Origin: Gnetum montanum
Lineage: Eukaryota; Plantae; Gnetophyta
Length of the DNA: 64,000 nucleotides
Assembly (NCBI GenBank): GCA_015680685.1
Contig: MNCI01000135.1
Location: forward strand, 269,424-333,423
Direction: 5' to 3'
In this document: positions 25,506-39,855 of the stretch, piece after piece
How positions within the stretch are numbered: the stretch's first letter is position 1
Layout: each line of letters starts with the position of its first letter
The notes under the pieces: generated by a model
Told to the model about the DNA's origin: nothing
What the model saw: the letters and a program-made list of their open reading frames with translations, nothing else
The model's database searches: none
Made by a program: the position numbers and the translations under genes

Positions 25506-28500
25506 TGTAATTTGATGGGGATTTAAAGGCAGAAATAATTGCCTTGTTTCCTCAACAAAATTCAATTTTGAGGTCATATTTTGACAAAAATCTTAAACTT
25601 ATTTTTCATGTAAGGTAAAGTTCAGAGCTTGCAAGCTATGAATTTTATCGGGTCAATGCATAAGAGTGAAAAGGCCAAAAACACTAGCAAATGTTGTAGA
25701 AAAAATCTCACACATTGGTAGCCCACATGTTGCAATTTTGGTTTATGAAAAATTCCAAATATGTTGTAATTCCAAGCCCAAAAGGTCAGAAACACTAGTA
25801 ATTCACATGCTATATATTTCAACCATCAAAAGTATTAAAAACATGACAAGGAATGTTAGAAATTTGCTAGAATCAAATCAGCAGAGAATCAGTAAATTCA
25901 TGGCCTATTTGAACCAAAATTTTCATCATTTTGAGGGCTTTTGGATCATTCAAAACTCTTCCAAAACTTAAAAATTTTTGAGCACAAAGATCTAAAGGTC
26001 CAAAGCCATTTTCCAATGTAGATCATTAGAAGCACCAAGACCCCATTGCAATACATAGATCAAGTAAATCAGATGTACTTGGAAGCATTGTAGAACATAC
26101 ACACTACCCATCCATGAGCTAAATTCTCATCATTATCTTTGTAGAAAGCCTTGAAATGATTATAGTTCCACATTTTGTACTCTCTTACCCTGTACTTATT
26201 ACAAAATTAACACAAATTATTTGTAGTCTTTTTTCATATTTTTTTATTATTTTCTACAACTATATTTGGTGTTGGCTCTATTTATTATGCATTTTCTCAC
26301 TTGTTTTCATCGATATTTCATCTCATTAATAGACTTTCAAAGTACTTAAGTGATCGGCAAGATTGTTTAAGGCATGTTAGATCCTTCCAAGGCCCATGGA
26401 TCCTAGGCTTAAAACTATTTCACACTAAGATCTTTCATTTTTTAGCACCCAAAATTTTCAATCCTGATAGTTTTTTGGCACTAGAATGATGACCTATGTT
26501 AAACTTTTCAGCCCAAAACCTATTTGAAAATTCTCTACCTATTTATCCCTTCGCCTGTTAGCATGTTTAACATATTAAAAATTATTTTTGGTTTTTTGCA
26601 ATCCTAGCATATGACATCATAGCTAGTTTCTTTCAACACTTATAAAAAGTTAAAAAAATTTATTACTATTTTTTTACAATTTCAGTGTATAGTGCTGCCC
26701 TTGGTCCCTGCATCTTACAACTCAAAAATTAATTTGTGCTATTGCAGTGCACAATGCTCCCTTGTTCCTTGCATGTTATAGTTAAAAGATTAATTTTCAC
26801 AATTGTTGTATGCACTATTCTCTCTGTTCCCTGTGTTTGCATGTTTGTAGTTTTCCTTTCTATATATACTAATGCCTAGTTGCATTTTTCTTATACATTA
26901 GAAAAAAGTAAAAAAAAAATTATTGTTGCAATTACAGTGTGTGTTATTTTTTCCATCTATGTTCTCATGTTTTAAGCTTAATTTACCTCATACATTATAC
27001 TTCACATGCTATAAACTCACATATTGCAACCCTCTATAAGCTATAGCCTCACAAGATGCACTCTCATAGGTTGAAAGTTTCATATGTTGGGAGTCTCACA
27101 AATTGGAAGCTTCAAAAATTTTCGAAAACATGAAAATATTTGCCTTATTTACACAATACCTTAGCCTTACATTGTTTATGCCTTTTTGTTGTTTAACTAT
27201 TCTACCATACAATCTTGTCCATATGGCCTCAAAACAAGAAGTTGTTTGCATTTATGATCCTAAGGATCCAACTATAATAGAGAGTAGACAATCCCTCAGG
27301 TGACTAGGATTAGGCTTGTCCTATGCAAACATTAATGAAGAATACTATGATTTTATTTGTGCAAAAATCTAAGTTGGATTGCTTATCCCATGCATGGAAT
27401 TAGAATCCAAACATTAGTTTGAGATTATTCATAGAAATAGGAAACAATATATATTTCCTCCTCATACGTGCATGTTAGCACAACTAGTGGATATAGATGA
27501 AGCAAGTAAGGTAGTTAGTTTAGAATAAATTGAAGAGAATTAGGAAGAGTTCAAAGCTGAGTACAAGCCAAATACATTCTCAGGGGATCTTTTGGAATGA
27601 TCTCTTCTAGAGGTGACCATCTCTAACTCTACATCCCCTATCTTAGTAATAAAGCAATAACCCCTTGTGGCCTTTGCAAGCTAAGTGTTATAACTTGCTT
27701 TTTTATTTGCTTCTATGTTCACCTTAATGCCTAGTACAATAACACATGAATCTCAATTAGATTCCCACCTTTTCTTCCCATTTACACCAATACATTTTGC
27801 AATCTAGTCTTGTTTTTTGTGATCATCACCAATGGTATGTTCCACATCACCTCCTTTTGTCATCCCTATGGGCTCTTCTTTAGCATCCTAGATATCCCAA
27901 GTCTCCCATACTTTCTTTGTTCCCTTCATTCTGCATGTTCTAGCTTAAACATCATTCTTCTTATTTAATCTCCCATCAATGGTGGTTACACAACCTATCT
28001 AGTCCATACCAATGCTAATTGCATGGCCTCAAGCCATTCACCCTCTTTCCTAACCATTAGCATAAACATTGTAGCCTACAAGAGCATCCCAAGATTTGGA
28101 TCAAGCCTTCTAAATGATCCAAGACTTCACCAAAGAGTTGCAGAAACTTAAAGCTAGCACTGCTTAGATGGTAGAAATTATGGATTTTTACCAAGGAAAT
28201 TCCATTAGCCCTACCATCCTATAGATAACTCTCCCTACCAGCATCCCAATACTCCACTTTACCAAATACAACTATGAGGATGATTTTAATGCTTATCTCA
28301 TTACTTTTTATTCTGAGTGCCCATTATTACAAGCCTAGCTATATATAGTGATGTACATCTTCCATATGGCTTTGACTAGGATGCCTTGGATTGATACCAT
28401 ACACTATCTAGAGGTTTCATTACCTTTCTAAATGACTTGATTACATAGTTTGTTAACCATTTCAAGTATAACTTAAAGCTTGATACAATATTAAATCAAA

Positions 28501-29464
28501 TTATGAAAGTAAAATAGGGGCCTCTTGAACCTATCTGAAAGTTCATATAGATATGGAATGCTATTCTTAATGAAATTCCCAAATCCATCTTTAAAACACA
28601 TCTTTTGGCCATCTTCAATGGGGTGTTTAATAATTTCATGAAGTTTAATCTTTTATATTTAGATCCCTGGTCACTTAGTTAGGCCTCTTCCCATACCAAA
28701 AACATAGAAGATTGCACAAAACTAGTAATGACTTAGTTTACATAGCATATAAAAACCAACACATGAGGAGGGATAGAGATAAGGGAAAATAAAATCATGT
28801 GGCCAAAGAGTGGAAGATAACACAGGGATCAAAGAAAACATAACGTAAGGCCCCTATCATAGTTCCTTAGCCATCAACATTTAGTGCTTTCACATCCAAC
28901 CCTTCAAAATGTAACTTTGAATGGAAAGCTAGGTCAAGTACACAAAGCTACCCATGAAATTATTAGAGCTTCTTAATCATTTGGTTAAGAGTAGCAAGAT
29001 CCAATATAACCAACTATCTAAGAATGCTTGTAACAGGCATGATCACTTATGTGAGATTGCAAAGCATCCAATCATAGCCACAAAAGATGATCCTCCCATG
29101 CCTAAATACTTCAAAATAAACTGATTCTATGACTACCATTAGCTTCTTGACCATGATACTGATTTTTCTTTGCCCTAAAAGATGATAGATGGTGGAGAGT
29201 TAGTTCCAAATGCATTTAAGCTAGTAGGTCCTTAAAATCAGTCCATGCAAGTGTACAAAGATCCTCTTAATGCTAATAATTATGCATTCTCTATTACCAT
29301 CTTCGATGTACATGATAAGCCTAAAACTATTAGGACATCATGTGTGGTTTAGGTACCTTCTCATCATGAATAGACTTTTAAAAGTTTAAGAATTTTGTTT
29401 GTTATAAGGATACCACCACCTATGGCTCCCAAAGAACCTTTTTTCATTTAAGTACCCCTCTACC
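25506..29464 (+). mobile_element. Element B: truncated A/C-family Tat element (5' LTR ~25506-26469, PBS 26476, gag ~27222-29464)
   Basis: U5 similar to those of A and C; degenerate PBS TGGCACTAGAATGA; gag MASKQEVVCIYDPKD..., PHFTKYN; gag stops where the C LTR begins. LTR start uncertain. Confidence 0.8.
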
Positions 29465-30920
29465 TATAAACTTGCAACTTGAAACAACACAAAGAAAATA
29501 CATGTTTCAACCTTTTCAACATTATAACCTTCACCCCTACACTCGAGGCTAGCTTTTCATTGTAAAACTGTGAAGATTGTAATCCATGAGATCCAATTTC
29601 ACATACTTTAACTTTTGAGGCTAAAAAATACCTTATAAGTTGTTATAGCCTCACTTTTCAAGTGAAAAAAGTTATATCATGTTTATATTTAGGCTTGAGA
29701 AGGCTAAAAATTCATAGGGAATTGCCAAATTTGGCATTTTCATGGGTTTTTGTTCGGTTATAGCCTTAGCTACGCTAGAAACACCTACTCCAAGCATGGA
29801 TGGTGTTGGATTTTTATTTTCCCAATAAAACCCAATGTAGTTGCCATCAAAACCTAATGTGAATGTCTCAAAGCCAATGTTGGAGTTGTGGAGGTTTCCA
29901 TCACATTGAAGTGGTTGGGGATTTCATTCTTCACACAACTTGAACATTACTACATCATTCTAATGAGGATCCCATGAATTCAGTGTAGTTCCCATGAAGA
30001 CCTGTGTGGATGGATGAAGCTTGTGTAGTTGAAAAATTTTGTTTACTATATATGGTATCCAGCATCATTTTGGTGCCTTGGAGGCATCAAAACTTACCAT
30101 AAATGGAAACTACATTGGAGGTAAAGGCATGATACACTTACACATGATTCCAATCTATTAGTAATCATGGTAGAAATTTGTAGTAAAAAATCAAAAGTCA
30201 TGTGACCTATAAAAGTCCATCTCAAATACCTTGAAGAGGTTCTTCTACTTTTGAGCTCTTAGCATCCAAAAAGCTTTTGGCAATTCTTGAGCATGAGAGC
30301 CTTTGAAAACCCCAAGCACCTATAACCTTTGAGGATTATCTGAGATGTTTGGAGAAATGTACAAATACCTAAGCACAAAGACTCTTAGCATGGTACTCCC
30401 TTTGCAACAAATGTTATTCACACACCTTACCCACCCCACCCCACACACCACCCCACCCCACCCCCCCCAATGTTGCAAATCTAGAAAAGAAACTAGTAAG
30501 TAGTTTTAGGTTTAGGAATTAGGAAGCACCTAGACCATGGAGTTGACTATAGCATGCAAACTACCAACTTCAATAGGTTTCAAACTTCATCAAAGCCACC
30601 ACATTGTACATTTAGGCACCATTTTTACACATTCCAAACTTCTTATTTTCAATATTTTATTGTAACAAAGTTTACAATTTATTTGTTATGCAAATTATTA
30701 CAATTTGATTATGTGAATTTTTTTAAGTTTTAGATCTACATTATTTTACAAGTTACCTACCCTTGTTCATACTCTTCAAGTCCCTGGGTGATTGACAAGA
30801 CCATCTAGGGTACCTTTGAACCTCTTTCTTGAAGGCCCTTGGAATCCAAGGTTAAAACTATTTCACACCTGGAATTTTCTATTTTTCAACAACTAAATTT
30901 TTTAGGTGTAATAGTTTTTC

Positions 30921-30937
30921 TAGCATTAGAAGGAGGG
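30921..30937 (+). promoter_or_regulatory. PBS of C (tRNA-Asn, degenerate)
   Basis: TAGCATTAGAAGGAGGG after the LTR end. Confidence 0.8.
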
Positions 30938-31707
30938 ATTTCATCCAAGCTCTTTGGAAAAATTTTGATTTTCCTTTCAAAACAAATTTTTCATAATTTC
31001 TAAAACTTAAAATCATCTTGAAAATTTTTGCCAAAAAAAATCAGCATTGCTACCTATTTTCTTGCAACTAACACCTAGCGTTGTCTTTCTAGGTGATTTG
31101 GATTTTTTGTTAAATTTTTATAGTAGTTTGCTAGTTTCTACAAAGCTAGCATGGTTGCTAATTAAGCCTACCTTTCTATGTTCCAAAGGACAAAGTTACT
31201 ATATTTCAACCAACCAACCAGCCTACTATGGGATTATGTAGAAAAGATAGCATTGGTCTCCCCCAAGATTCCAATGTAGCTCTCAAAAAGTCCAAGTTTA
31301 ACATTTATTTTTTTAATGAAATAATCATATTATTTTCCAAGAGAGGGTACCTTAGAATGGTATTGTAGGGCAAGATAATGATTGATTGCTTACCCCATTC
31401 CACACCCCCCTGGACTTTCTTAGTGAAACCCGCTATTGGCAAAGCCAACATAGTTGTTTTTACCAACATCAAGACTATTACATTTTTTCCAAAGTGCAAT
31501 GCACATCCTTGTCACTAGAACCTATACAGGACCTATAGTTATAGTTCCCAGTAGTTTTTAGTAAAAATCCCTCTTACACCTTATACAATTTCACTTGTTG
31601 AAATTTTTCTTACTTAATTAATTGATTACAAAATTTATTAAATCAAATTTAAATCAATGATAATTTCTTTCATCTAGTTAATAGTTTTTCCCCTGAATTT
31701 GATAGAC

Positions 31708-34700
31708 ATGGAATCTGACCAAGATGTAGTGAGGGTCTATGATCCGAAAGACACAATAGTAGTTGAGCGTAGGAAATTACTTAGATAGAGGGGTCAAAGT
31801 TCAAATTTTTTTGTTATAAATGAAGAACACTATAACTTCATTTATGCCAAAATCCAAGCTAGCATGCTCATTCCATGTGGGAAAGCTAAATCTAAATGTG
31901 AGTATGAGCTAATCCACCACAATGGAAAGGAGTACATTCCTTCCACATATGAAAAAATACTATTGAACAATACTCATAATTGCATTCTATCTCAATTGAT
32001 CGAGATGGATGAGCAAGAAGGGAAGTTGAACACAAAGAGCCAACATGAGAAATCGGACAAGTTCAAGGCTGAACCTAAACCTGACAACTTCCTAGGGAGC
32101 CTCTTCCAATAATTGGCTCCTGAAGCCATTGTAACTAATTTTCCTCTCTTGTCTCTTCCATGGGACAAGGGCATCAAACCTCTTCTCCCATTTACCCTAC
32201 CATGTCTGGGTTAGCTCCTATCACAGTGGTTCACCATGCACAATCGGTACCCTAGATAACACCCCTCTTCTCCTCTATGCCTTTCATCAAATAGCCTCAG
32301 TCTGCACAGTCATCACCCATCATCATAACCACTACACATCCATTATCTATGTTGGAAGATCCCATAGTGGGAAATCAAGTGATCCAAGGGTCACATATAC
32401 CTTTTTCCCTTTTGTGTCATAAGTGCCAACACAAACCTCCTTTTCATTATTTAACCCATCTACAACAATGATTACCCAACCTCTTCCCTCTGTGCCATAA
32501 TCCATGGTAAGGCCATAGGTCTTGCAACTTACACCACAATCATTTTTCTATATGCCATAACCTACAGGGATGCCCAAAGGCTTGGATTAGGCCTTTCACA
32601 TGATCCAGAACCTTATAGAATAGTTATGAAAGCTTAAGACTTCTACAACTCAAATAGTTAAAATAAAGGATTTCTATCAAGATAATCCTATTAGTCCTAC
32701 TATCCTGAAAATAACTCTTCCTCAAGCATTTTCATACCTCAATTTTCCAAGTATAATGGTGAAGGTGACCCCATCTCTCACCTCAATTTTTCCTATGTTC
32801 TTAATTGGGAAAGTCTTGGATTAGTACCACATATTACTAAGAGGATCTATCTTCTTACTTGAGGACCTAATATCATAGTTCATCAACCATTTCAAGTATA
32901 ACTTAAAACCCAACACAACTCTTGACCAATTAATGAAGGTCAAGTAGGGACACCTTGAGGTAGTGCAAAAATTTATACAATGATGGAATGTTCTATTGAA
33001 TGAGATTCTAGAACCTATAGCTAAAACACATATTCTCACCATCTTTAAGGGGATGGTTAACAGCTTCATTAAGTCCAAAATTTACTACCTATACCTATAG
33101 TTACTTAGCAAAGCTTTTTTGCAAACTAAGAACATAGAGGATGCTATTAAGACCAATCATGACCCTACCTACATGGCATATGAAAACCAACACATGCAAA
33201 AAAATAAGGAGAAGAGGAAAAAGAATAAGGAGAAGAGGAGGCAAAACAATGTAGCCATGGCCCCTACAATCAACAACAAACCATCAACATCAAAGGCCTC
33301 TACATTAGGTAAACCTAGGCCCAGTTTTGAAAGAAAGACTAGTCTAAGTACACTAGGTTACCCCTCAAACCTTCTAAATTTCTTGACCAATTTCCAAAGA
33401 GTGGGAGAATATAATATAAATATATGACAAAGAATGTCCATAAGAGGCATGATTGACTATGCAAGATCATAAAAAAACCCACTCTAGCAATCAAGGATGG
33501 CCCACCAATATCTAAGTACTTTAAACTTGATCGCTTTTGCCACTATCATCAACTACTACATCATGATACTAACTTCTACTTAGCCCTCAAGGGTGACTTG
33601 AAGAAAATGATAGATGATGGTGAGCTAGTTCATGATGCCTTCAACCTAGTCAAATCACAAAACCAATCTATGCAAGTTTACAAGGACCCATTGAATACCA
33701 ACAACAACCCTTACATCATAGCGACATTCAACATAAGTAACAACTCAAGACCTACATTGGAGTTCTTTGTGATTCAGGTACCTCCTTGTAATGATAGGGG
33801 CCCTTCAACTTCATTTAGTTCAAAGCATTATTTTTTTGTAAGGATATCATTGCCTATGCCTCCTAGGGAACCTTTGTGATTAGGGTGCCCCCTTTTTTCA
33901 CAACCAAAAAAACAACTACAACTAAATGTCCTCTTGCAGTGGCTAATACCATGACTTCTTAGTAACACAATAATAAGAAATAATTGATTAAACAACATAA
34001 GAAGTCTACATCAAAGTGTAAAATAAAATAAAACAATCAAGCCAAGGCATGGAAGGAGGTATTCCCATTGAAGCCCACTACCATCTCATCCATTTTCATG
34101 AGCTCTAAAACTCAAGCTACTTCAACTAGTTAACCAAGGGAGGATCCTAAGCCGCAAAGGAAGGGAAAAAAGGCTAAGCCACAACCATTAAAAAATGAAG
34201 TTTACATCTTGGGAAGCATGAACAAAGTCAAAGATAATAAGAATGAAAAATCAATGGCCAATGACAAGGACTTCCTTAAGGTGATGGAAAATTTTAAGTA
34301 GTCTTTGAAATAAAAGAACACATCTCTTAGCTTGTGTAACTTGGCAATGACTTTTGCTACACATCATAAAACATTAGTGAAGATGTTGACCTCAATTCCC
34401 TTCAATGAGAACATCCCTACTAGTGAAGAGTCCATCCATGTGGTGATGGTACCACCTTCACCAAAGGAAGAAACAAAGTCAACTACATTAGTATTTTGTG
34501 ATAGCTAGGTCAAGACCAACCCCTAGGATGGTAAGACAACCAAGGCTCCTTTCTTCATAATGAAATGTGGGGCAATATAAGGTACTTAGTGTGCATGTGG
34601 ATGATGGGACAACCACCAATATAAGGTACTTAGGTCTAATAGAACACATTTAGCATATCTCCAATTCTGCTCTTAAATTCTTTAATGGATCTAAGGAGGC

Positions 34701-35163
34701 AGTTAAAGGCTCAATCTCTTTGAACTTTGTAGCAAGGAAATAATTCCCCATAATAGCCAATTTCTTGGTGGTGGAAGAGATACCAATATTTAATCTCATC
34801 TTAGGGAGGCCTGGCTAGCTTAATTATGAGTTGTTTCCTCACCCCTTCATCAAGAAATTTACCTAGATTATTAGGGAGGTAAAATAATTATCAATCATGA
34901 TAGTGCAGCCCCCTTGGTAATTAACAACATTGACATAGAACAAGGATCTAAAGTGGACTTTCCTTCCATTGTTAATCACAAAGTTGAAAAGCCTAGTAGA
35001 GTGGAAGAGGCCTAAACAAATAACAATAGAACCATGAATGCACCATGGGAAGATCTCCCCTTCAACATGGATAGTGAGGGAACATGGAATATGGGATCAT
35101 GTAATGTAGGCCCTATAGCTTTCCTAATCTTTCAAAGGTTAGGATACATTTGCATAATTAAAT
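31708..35163 (+). pseudogene. gag: gag-protease of C
   Basis: MESDQDVVRVYDPKD, PQFSKYNGEGDP, FCHYHQLLHHDTNF knuckle, VHVDDG, FNLILGRP. Confidence 0.9.
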
Positions 35164-36059
35164 GTATGCTCCTTATGTACTTACCCTATTTCCACAATTG
35201 TATAATGCCATATCTTACTTATGTTGTCTAATTTAACCTTGTTTGCCTTTGTCTAGCTCTATTTAGCACATAACCTATGGTTTACTTGCATTTATCATTT
35301 ATGTCTTTAAGCCTTTTCTTTTTCCAAAATGTAAAACCAAGAAAATATCATAAAAATTTTAAAATCGAAAAAAAATATATAGAAATTTTAAAATATAAAA
35401 CTTAAAAAAAAAAATTTTCTCTTTTAAAATGCATGTCTTACCATCAACTAAAACTAGCAAAATAGATGACCCTACTATGGCCTAAGATTGGCAAAATGCA
35501 ACGGCTTGCCATGGCCTAAAATTGGCAAGACAATGGCCTATGAAGGCCTTAAGCTGGTGGTCCACCATGGCCTAAACTTGGCAACATTCCCACAACTTGT
35601 TTATAGCCATTACACATTAGTTGACCTTTTTGTTGGCCTACTTAATGTTGATTTTACTTTACCAAATATCGCCATATAATAGCATGATTCAACAAATATG
35701 GCCTAGCATATCCTCATAACATGAAAAAAACATAAAACACATAGAATGCATAAAACAAAAAATGCTAGAAGATATATAACAAAATTAAAATCTTAAATAA
35801 ATAATAATAATGAAAATCTCCATAAATAATAATAGTATGATACAAGTCCAATCAAGAACGAGTGTATAAAACAAACAAACAAAATTCCCAATAGCCATAG
35901 CTACAACATGTAGCAATAATGTAAGAAAAATAATAAGTGCCTCACAAATAAACCATGCCTAAGACTAGCCACAACATCATGACATAATCAAAAACAAGAA
36001 TAAATTGGAAACATGACCAAAACAAATGGAACTAGTGTACAACTGGAGGTGGGGGGGCG

Positions 36060-36061
<2 letters not shown>

Positions 36062-36091
<30 letters not shown>
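36062..36091. repeat. (GA)n microsatellite preceded by a G-run
   Basis: Directly visible in the sequence. Confidence 0.95.
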
Positions 36092-36093
<2 letters not shown>

Positions 36094-37765
36094 CTCCAAC
36101 ATCATCACCACTAAGGCCATTGGTATCACTTGGTACCTATAACATAATAACATATTTTTAATCAATAGTCAACATAATATGAAACCAAATCAAAAACTAA
36201 ACAAAGCTAAAATATAACTAATTAAAAATAAAAAAACTTGGAAAGACTTCAAAGTAGTGTCTTCTATAGGGAATCTTTGAAGACCAAACTCTAGATGATG
36301 GAGGATTTGGTCTTTAGTCATGTGAACCCAATCCACTTCCTCAAGATTAACACTAGTTAGGATGTTTCTCTCATCGATATTAGTCCATGTCAGTGGCTTC
36401 CTTGAAAATTTGGTAGTAGTCACCTCTCTAGAGGTGGTAGTTACCTAACAGGTTGGGGAATTAGCAACCACTAGAGAGCCTTTAAATCGCTTGAAGGCAT
36501 CATTTGCGTGGATATCCTTCATGACTAGTTCTAGCTTGCATCGTTTGATGAACTCCTTCTACAACCACTTAAGGTAACTCTCAAGTTTGGCCTTGTACTT
36601 TTTCTTATGGTTCTTTTGTGCCTAGCCCCACTTAAGAACACAAGCACAATAATCTCTCCACACTCTTTGGCCTTACAAGCTACTAAGTTCTACTACATTT
36701 TCTACTCTACATGGTGCTTGGCAAGAGCAACCTTATAATGAATGATGTTCCAATACTACACCCATTAAATCTCTTTGGTTCCTAATGAGTTCCTATGAGA
36801 ATCCAAAAATTCCTTACGATCCTTGAGATCTCCAATCTCCTCGACCTATTTCTTATTTTCCTTCTTCAACACTACAACACACTCCCATAGGAACTCATTG
36901 GAATGTTGGCATTTCCATAAGGTTGTTTCACATGAAAGTGCACATTCATTGGTACTTTCATACAACCATTTTGGAACATTTTTTACTTTAGGTGGTAGGT
37001 TGGGTAATTCATTGAGCTCAACATCATGTTTGAAGTTCCATCCAACCTTTGACACTACAATCAACACAACCAAACATGAATGCATTAAACCAAGTAAATA
37101 ATAAATGATAAAATGAACAAAAAAAATTTAAACCATTAAGACCATAAAATCATAAAAACAACATGAAATAAGAATACATAAACTAAAATAATTAAAGGAA
37201 AAACGAACTAAGATTCTTACCAACATTAGGAGTAATCTGTTGCAACTGATTGATCATGTCTTTGGTCATCCCTCACATGAACTCTATTTTTTCTAGAACC
37301 TTTTCCCATGATTTCATGTGAAACATGGAGGTTGAGGCATCAATCTGAGGTTTAGGAGCTACAACAAGCATGACAAAAAACTAATAGTTAAACATAGGCT
37401 TAAACATAAAACTACAAGATGTAACACATAAAATGAAAAATCATAAGTACTTGGAACATCATCCAAGATGACGATGGAAGGTTCACCTAGTGGTGAATCA
37501 CCATATATAGCATCAAAGGCATCCATGGTGGCATTGGATAGCCCCTCATCCTCATTCCATTATAGCATCTTCTCTACAAATTTCTATTCTACCTCCACTA
37601 TTGTTGCTTGGGCCACTAGTTCTTGTTATTTACCTACAAGAACAATGAAGATAATACATAGAGCCATTGAGCATATTTTTCCTAAAATCAAAACAACAAC
37701 ATACCTACATAACATGAAACATAAATACCAAATATGTAAATAGCATAACATAATTAAAATGTACC

Positions 37766-39855
37766 TATTGGTGACTATTTGGGACTAGACCACCAATGTT
37801 GGGGGCTTTTGGGTCTCGTGACCTTGGGGTCATGGGATGTGAAGGTGTTCTTCAAATAAGGTTTAGGTGCTTGCTAGTCTCTGGTAATACCAAGGCCCAG
37901 ATACCTCTAAATAGACTTCATGGTTATGAAATGAATTGAACATTAGTATGTGTTTACTATTGTGAATGTTGAAGTGGTTGGGTTGTGTATGAAACTATAA
38001 TTGGCTATCATAAAAGAAATTTAGCAAACTTTGTTAAATATTGTGAGTTGTTGAAGGTTCCTATTATGTCAAATCACTTTGTCTATATAGTTCCTATAGT
38101 ATATTAATTTTAACAAATAAAATTTCAAAAAAATGTTTGAGCACAATTATGCCAATCTACTTCTAATTATCTCCAAAGAAAAAGTTCCTCAAAAAATAGA
38201 GCGAGATACAATGGGTTTTAGAAAGAGAAAAGAAAAGAAAGTAGATTTATGTGGAATCTCAAAAATTTAAGCAACATAAATTGACATGAGAAAACACTTT
38301 GCAATAAAGCTATTCTAATTCAATCTAACTATGAATTGTCCAAACCCTCTGAGCTTAACAAGAAATTTCATAAAAGATGATCTTATTACACTACTAAAAA
38401 TGCTATGTAAATGACAAAGTACAAGCTTCTATTTTGGCTAATTAATAGTTTTCAAGAATTGCATTCAATAGAGACTTCAAAACATTTGACAATTCAAGAT
38501 TGAAATACCAAGGAAATACACTTTAAAATAATGAAGCTATTTCAGTCATCTCAAAATACCAAAGATTTTCGTAGATTTCCAATGCTCAAATAAGCAATTT
38601 CATTAAGATAGTACTATTAAAATTCTCAAGATGCTTTTCTACAATATAAGCTCTTATATGGAAAATGTTATATTATTATTATGTTTCAAATGTTATATTA
38701 TTATTATTATTTGTTTAATATCCATCCACCTACTTCTTGAGTTGATTTCCATGTGACACTTGTTTAGAATCATTTTTGTATGTGCAAGCCTTTAGGCATT
38801 CATGAATAATATCAAGAATAGAGTTGAAGAACATTGGCAACAACAATAGTTTCTTAGGTGTAATCATGCCTCCTCATCTTGCATTATTCATAGCAGATCT
38901 TTCTTTTCAATAGCTACAAATGTTTGTCAACCTCTAGAAGATCCAAAAATGCGCTGAATGTTGAGGTTTCTTGAATTAACAGTAGGGCTAATACCACCAC
39001 CATAGCGAAAGGTTTGTTTCCATGGGCTACGGTTAAGATTTTTGTTTCTACAATAGTGAAGCAAACCCTAGCATTATTCTCTTGTTATGGTTTAGTCTCA
39101 TTCCTACCTTTCATTGAAGGATTTTAATAGATCTGATGTGGTAGAGGCCCCTCAACCCTAGTGTAATGTAAATCCCTCAACATGGATCTAAAATTAGATC
39201 TGAAATTGATGCTAATCTGATGCAAATGAAAAAGAAGCTATAAGATGCCAGAGGAACATAGAGCAATGAAGGTAAAATTTAAATTCAAGATTTCAACTTT
39301 GTATTACCAAATTCATCTAAGCAGCATTTGTAAAGGAATCACTACTAATGTTGTGTTTATTGATGATGTTGAGACTACAGTGCCATCATTGGTAGGGGAG
39401 CTTCTGTAGAAATGACACTCTGCTTACTGGTATTAAGATTTGTGAGGTTACTTATATATATTATTATTATATTTTTTTTCCTTTTCTTTTTACATTTTCT
39501 TTGGTTTCTACTTATGTTAACTGTGACTGAGTTTGGGCTTGAATTTGGGTTTTCTTATATTTTGTTGGCAACCCTACCCTCAATGTATTAAAACGAAACC
39601 AACAAAAGATTGTGTTTTCTCTTTCTCTCAAGTTTCTAGTTAACATAGAGCCTATGCTTACCACTCTAGAAATTTGATAACACAATATTAAATTTCTTTG
39701 GTCCTATAGGTCTTCCAGGGTCTTCTATGTACATGAAAAATTCAAGTGGAATATTGGACTTTCAGAACATAAACAACTTAAAGATATCAAATTCATTTTC
39801 ATCCTTTGTGATAAAGTTATAAATTAAAAAAAAAATTAGCTAGGCAATGCAATAT
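37766..39855 (-). mobile_element. Insertion F: D/E-family LTR-derived fragment inside the antisense gene of C
   Basis: 37766-~38670 aligns with the D LTR (TTTAGGTGCTTGCTAGTCTCTGG...CAAGGCCCAGATACCTC); the antisense gene resumes at ~39856. Right half unexplained. Confidence 0.7.
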
